Virus record (IMG/VR): IMGVR_UViG_3300023184_000087
Coordinates: 56,915 to 76,914 of that record
Reading direction: 5' to 3' (one strand)
DNA: 20,000 bases
Source of the DNA: an uncultured virus (IMG/VR IMGVR_UViG_3300023184_000087)
Lineage: Duplodnaviria; Heunggongvirae; Uroviricota; Caudoviricetes
Position 1 is the stretch's first letter, and each line of letters begins with the position of its first letter. Below, one piece after another: positions 16,844-20,000 of the stretch. The notes below the pieces were generated by a model that worked only from the letters and a program-made list of their open reading frames with translations, did no database searches and was not told the DNA's origin. Made by a program: the position numbers and the translations under genes.

Positions 16844-17584
16844 TTATTGTTTGACTACTACTGTTAACCCATAAAAAAGTGGAACATGATACATCCTACA
16901 GTCTTTTCTTAACTTTATTTCCTCATGATACGCAGCTGTGGGTGAAGCGACAGTGTCATTTTGATATAAAAATATGCTGTCCGAAGAATTTTGTATAATT
17001 AAAATACCATTAGTATTTAATCTATCTAGATAAAAATCTGGACCAACAAATGGATTTTCCATTTCCTGCGACCACCCTATCATCATATCAAACATGTAGG
17101 CATTGCAGTTGTCTTTTTCTAAGTCTTGATGACTAATGACCGTATGTTCTATGGGTGCATATTCTTCTTGAAATTTTTTATACAAAGATGTTTTTTTATT
17201 ATTTAACATATATATTTTAGAGTCGTAAATATCTTGGAATGGCTTTAGTTTGTATGTATCCAATCCACCAGATATGGCTAATATATGTTTTGGCTTACAT
17301 AAGTCCGCCAAAAGTTGAGTTAACAATATTGGCATCCACTGAGATTGCCCATAAGAATCAGCTAGATTTGGTCTTGGATAATGAATAACAAATTCATAAT
17401 CACTTGCACCACCGGTAGCTATATTTCTTTTATCCACCTTAATGGTGTTCCATAAATAATCAGCTATGGCTACAGATTGTAAACCATCCTCTTTTGATGC
17501 TTGGGTTGTATATTCCTTCCAATCATATGCCCAATTGGTAAAATCAAAAGATTTTTTAATTTCATATCTATTACTATTTGTCAT
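16844..17584 (-). CDS. Divergent Rossmann-fold O-methyltransferase-like protein
   Basis: 246 aa. LCKPKHILAISGG (degenerate motif I), MFDMMI and LDRLNTNGILIIQN echo the 'KP..ILE.G / FD.. / L..GG.L..DN' order of O-methyltransferases. Confidence 0.45.
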   Translation of the reverse strand: MTNSNRYEIKKSFDFTNWAYDWKEYTTQASKEDGLQSVAIADYLWNTIKVDKRNIATGGASDYEFVIHYPRPNLADSYGQSQWMPILLTQLLADLCKPKHILAISGGLDTYKLKPFQDIYDSKIYMLNNKKTSLYKKFQEEYAPIEHTVISHQDLEKDNCNAYMFDMMIGWSQEMENPFVGPDFYLDRLNTNGILIIQNSSDSIFLYQNDTVASPTAAYHEEIKLRKDCRMYHVPLFYGLTVVVKQ

Positions 17585-17867
17585 TTTTTACCTCATAAAG
17601 CGCATACTGTATACTAAACCAGCATCTTCTTATGCCTCTGCATAAGACAATATTTTGTTTTTTTATGTATTCTTGCGCGGCAACGTTGTAATCGGGGTTG
17701 CTATGCTTGTAAACATACCTAGATCTAATTAGATTTATGGCCTCATCTATTGAAAAATCATTAAATCTATCTTCATCTATTCCAAGTATATATAGAAACG
17801 ATGCTAGATGTTGAGAATTTATTTCTAGGTCCTCTAAAGAGTTATAACTACTCTTTATCTTTGTCAT
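17574..17867 (-). CDS. Hypothetical helical protein
   Basis: Probable ATG at 17867 (97 aa) rather than track start 17930; LASFLYILGIDE resembles a motif in 18060-18275; overlaps both neighbours. Confidence 0.6.
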   Translation of the reverse strand: MTKIKSSYNSLEDLEINSQHLASFLYILGIDEDRFNDFSIDEAINLIRSRYVYKHSNPDYNVAAQEYIKKQNIVLCRGIRRCWFSIQYALYEVKNDK

Positions 17868-18063
17868 CAGTTTCTTCTTCTTTGTACATTGCAACTCCCT
17901 GGCACATGCTGACTGGTTTGCCGGCAACATAGTATATGCCAGTGGCTGAATCCCATTCCATTATTTCATTATCCCAATCTGGAAGATCTGTTATAGATTC
18001 GCCTTTTCTTTGCGACAAATCTGATTTATTATTAAATTCGTTTGTTTCTCCAATGCTACTCAT
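17848..18063 (-). CDS. Hypothetical small acidic protein
   Basis: 71 aa, ATGA-coupled to the upstream gene; EWDSATGIYYVAGKPVSMCQG core with a charged tail. Confidence 0.6.
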   Translation of the reverse strand: MSSIGETNEFNNKSDLSQRKGESITDLPDWDNEIMEWDSATGIYYVAGKPVSMCQGVAMYKEEETDDKDKE

Positions 18064-18275
18064 GATTGAACCAATTTTTTATACGAAATTATTTCTTCAA
18101 TTAGACAGCTAAAAGCCTGATATTGAGGAGTTGATTCATTAAAAGGATTTTTAGAATCTTCATCTAAACTTGTATAATCTACATCTAAAAGTGCGCTTAG
18201 CACGTCTATAGATTTAGCTAGAAACATTCTAGCTTCGTTCTTTGCCTTAACTATGTCGTATTGTCCTAGTTCCAT
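18060..18275 (-). CDS. Hypothetical small helical protein
   Basis: 71 aa, AAGGA SD; LAKSIDVLSALLDVD. Confidence 0.65.
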   Translation of the reverse strand: MELGQYDIVKAKNEARMFLAKSIDVLSALLDVDYTSLDEDSKNPFNESTPQYQAFSCLIEEIISYKKLVQS

Positions 18276-18337
18276 TTTTTTCCTTTATATTTTTTTTACC
18301 TTATTTACCCATGTATGGCATATGACTTTGTATATAT

Positions 18338-18346
18338 ATTGTACCA
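18338..18346 (-). promoter_or_regulatory. Extended -10 promoter (TGgTACAAT) for the 18275-16247 operon
   Basis: TGGTACAAT in the intergenic gap, about 63 nt upstream of the ATG at 18275. Confidence 0.5.
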
Positions 18347-18362
18347 CAAAGATATTACTGGA

Positions 18363-18947
18363 TTAATCATTTTTTGGAACTTTTATATATTTGGAAAGAT
18401 TATTGCTGTAAGAGTATCTAGGTCCATGAATTACTTTAGTAACTCCGTGTTTACAGTGTTCAGCTGAACTATGCACGACCATATCTCCCGGTAATGGCTT
18501 ATATGTTAAACCTTGATTAGGATAATGCAGTGCGCCACCTTCAAAGTCATTAAAATAAACAATCAAACCATAAACAGTATATTTCACTAATTCATATGGT
18601 TCACCTTCCCTATAGGATAGGCTCAGTTCTTTTATAGAACGAAAATCGTGATCATCAGAATGGATACCCCATTCGTCGCCAGCCAATAATCTATTTAAAC
18701 ACGTGTGCTCATTTATCATAAAATTATTTTCAAAAGTTTCTTTAATTCTACACATTAGAGAGTTAAATTCTTTTATTGGAAAACTTATTTTATTATTAAA
18801 CCACTTGTGATCAATGTCTTTTTGCCAGCCAAGTTGAGGGTCTATGTCGTTAATTGCCTTATTATAAAATTCTATTTCTTTTTCTGAAAGAAAATAGTTG
18901 TAAACATATATATCTTCACCAAGTTTTTTAAAATTTTTATGAAACAC
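18363..18947 (-). CDS. 2OG-Fe(II) oxygenase, prolyl 4-hydroxylase-like
   Basis: YFLSEKE...IHSD...IVYFNDFEGGALHYP...KPLPGDMVVH...HGVTKV..GPRYS gives HxD...H...R.S. Confidence 0.85.
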   Translation of the reverse strand: MFHKNFKKLGEDIYVYNYFLSEKEIEFYNKAINDIDPQLGWQKDIDHKWFNNKISFPIKEFNSLMCRIKETFENNFMINEHTCLNRLLAGDEWGIHSDDHDFRSIKELSLSYREGEPYELVKYTVYGLIVYFNDFEGGALHYPNQGLTYKPLPGDMVVHSSAEHCKHGVTKVIHGPRYSYSNNLSKYIKVPKND

Positions 18948-18974
18948 AAAAATCCTTAATCTAAGCTATTAATT

Positions 18975-19247
18975 TCACCAAAGCCAAGGTGGCTGACTAG
19001 TAAAGACATTATATTCTTGATTAAAAACATCTCCTACTTGTGGGTACTTTCCGCGGATGTTGTTGTCGTAATCATGGCATCTTTTAAAGTGTACATTTGG
19101 GTGATTTAATTGTCTTGTATAATGTTCTTCCCATTTTTCAATTGAGCCTAGAATTGTTGTTGCATCACCTTCTTCTGCGTTTTCTTCAAAATTTTCTAAA
19201 ACCAATATAACAACATTCATTTTATTTAAAAGCGCATAACTTGCCAT
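18975..19247 (-). CDS. Hypothetical phage protein, possibly tail-fibre associated
   Basis: 90 aa. MASYALLNKMNVVILVL...YDNNIRGKYPQVGDVFN...F..QPPW resembles, from memory, small proteins found beside fibre genes in aquatic phages. Confidence 0.5.
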   Translation of the reverse strand: MASYALLNKMNVVILVLENFEENAEEGDATTILGSIEKWEEHYTRQLNHPNVHFKRCHDYDNNIRGKYPQVGDVFNQEYNVFTSQPPWLW

Positions 19248-19290
19248 AATTAAAATTAACCTTTTTTAAAAATATATTTTTTGTAAGAAC

Positions 19291-19299
19291 ATTATATCA
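19291..19299 (-). promoter_or_regulatory. Consensus extended -10 promoter (TGaTATAAT)
   Basis: TGATATAAT in the intergenic gap, about 44 nt upstream of the ATG at 19247. Confidence 0.55.
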
Positions 19300-19316
19300 T
19301 ATTATCTTATATATTA

Positions 19317-19982
19317 TTAATGTTCTGATTCTATATTATTTACTTTATTTAAAAATTTTCTTTCTTTTGGCCATCTATTTGCTAACTCTTTATTTTTTGA
19401 AAAAAATCCTTGAGATACAAATCGATCTCCACTTATAACTGGTAGCACTTCGTGAGCAGCGTCTTCGATTCCAACATCAGACCATATCAAAAGAGAATTT
19501 GCTTTTGGCTTAAAGTTAAAACCTGTCATTGGCATATTAAAATTGCCGCCCTCGTAATCATCATTAATATAATAAACTGAAGAGAAATCAGTTCCTGCAT
19601 TTTTTTCAGGTAAAATGGTTCCGTCACAATGAAGCTTCATATGACTGCCCGTCGCAGCATGGGCTAGCCATGGTTCGGTTTCTCTGTATATTGTATCGCC
19701 CCATATATCAGAAATTATTTCTTCAGTTTTTTGCTGTATGCTTTCAAGTATATCGTAAACTTGACCATAAGTAGGTATGGCCATAGATATTTTATAGTTA
19801 TCACCATGTCTAGTATCTTCCGGATATGGTTCATCTATTTGACCACTATTGAATAAAATATATTCTTCTTCTGACATTAAAAATGAACGTTTAAATTTTA
19901 CATCTGAATTTTTTGTATGGGTATATTCTTTCCATCTTATTGGTCCACCATACCCAACGAATTCAAAATTATCTTTTTTTTT
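19317..19982 (-). CDS. 2OG-Fe(II) oxygenase, prolyl 4-hydroxylase-like; 5' end uncertain
   Basis: LHCD...SSVYYINDDYEGGNF...KPKANSLLIW...AHEVLPVISGDRFV. The frame stays open 35 codons upstream of the track ATG (19877) to a TAG at 19985-19983 beside an A9 run. Confidence 0.8.
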   Translation of the reverse strand, partial: KKKDNFEFVGYGGPIRWKEYTHTKNSDVKFKRSFLMSEEEYILFNSGQIDEPYPEDTRHGDNYKISMAIPTYGQVYDILESIQQKTEEIISDIWGDTIYRETEPWLAHAATGSHMKLHCDGTILPEKNAGTDFSSVYYINDDYEGGNFNMPMTGFNFKPKANSLLIWSDVGIEDAAHEVLPVISGDRFVSQGFFSKNKELANRWPKERKFLNKVNNIESEH

Positions 19983-20000
19983 CTATGCAGTATTTATGTA

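Noticed and set aside
6429..19985. Amber recoding (genetic code 15), prompted by TAG-TAG at 7433-7428 and TAG at 19985-19983
   Set aside because: Long genes are intact under the standard code with no internal TAG, and TAG ends genes at sensible positions.
1..20000. CRISPR arrays, tRNA/rRNA genes, IS elements, introns or inteins
   Set aside because: Intergenic gaps are all about 110 nt or less, and I saw no regularly spaced repeats, cloverleafs, transposase or homing-endonuclease motifs.

Overview
AT-rich (roughly 30-45% GC by gene) segment of a large contractile-tailed (myovirus-type) phage genome, with every credible gene on the minus strand. Read in transcription order (right to left) there are two parts. 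(1) An accessory enzyme island (~14.4-20 kb): three 2OG-Fe(II) oxygenases, an AurF-like ferritin-fold diiron oxygenase, a class I SAM methyltransferase, a divergent methyltransferase-like protein and four small hypothetical proteins. (2) A neck/tail morphogenesis module: adaptor-like and head-closure-like proteins, a sheath-like protein with an extra N-terminal beta-rich domain, a tail-completion-like protein, a compact main sheath, three tube-family paralogues, two paralogous tail chaperones, and a >1726-aa probable tape-measure ORF that runs off the left edge and is missing from the ORF track. Notable observations: a recurrent Ala-Thr-Pro motif in three structural proteins close to prolyl-hydroxylase-like and other modifying enzymes; a repeated YTACTATA candidate late-promoter motif, distinct from sigma70-type promoters; duplicated chaperones instead of a G/GT frameshift; and an A9 run that appears to break the last oxygenase's reading frame. 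All product calls rest on motif recognition and gene order; no database search was run.
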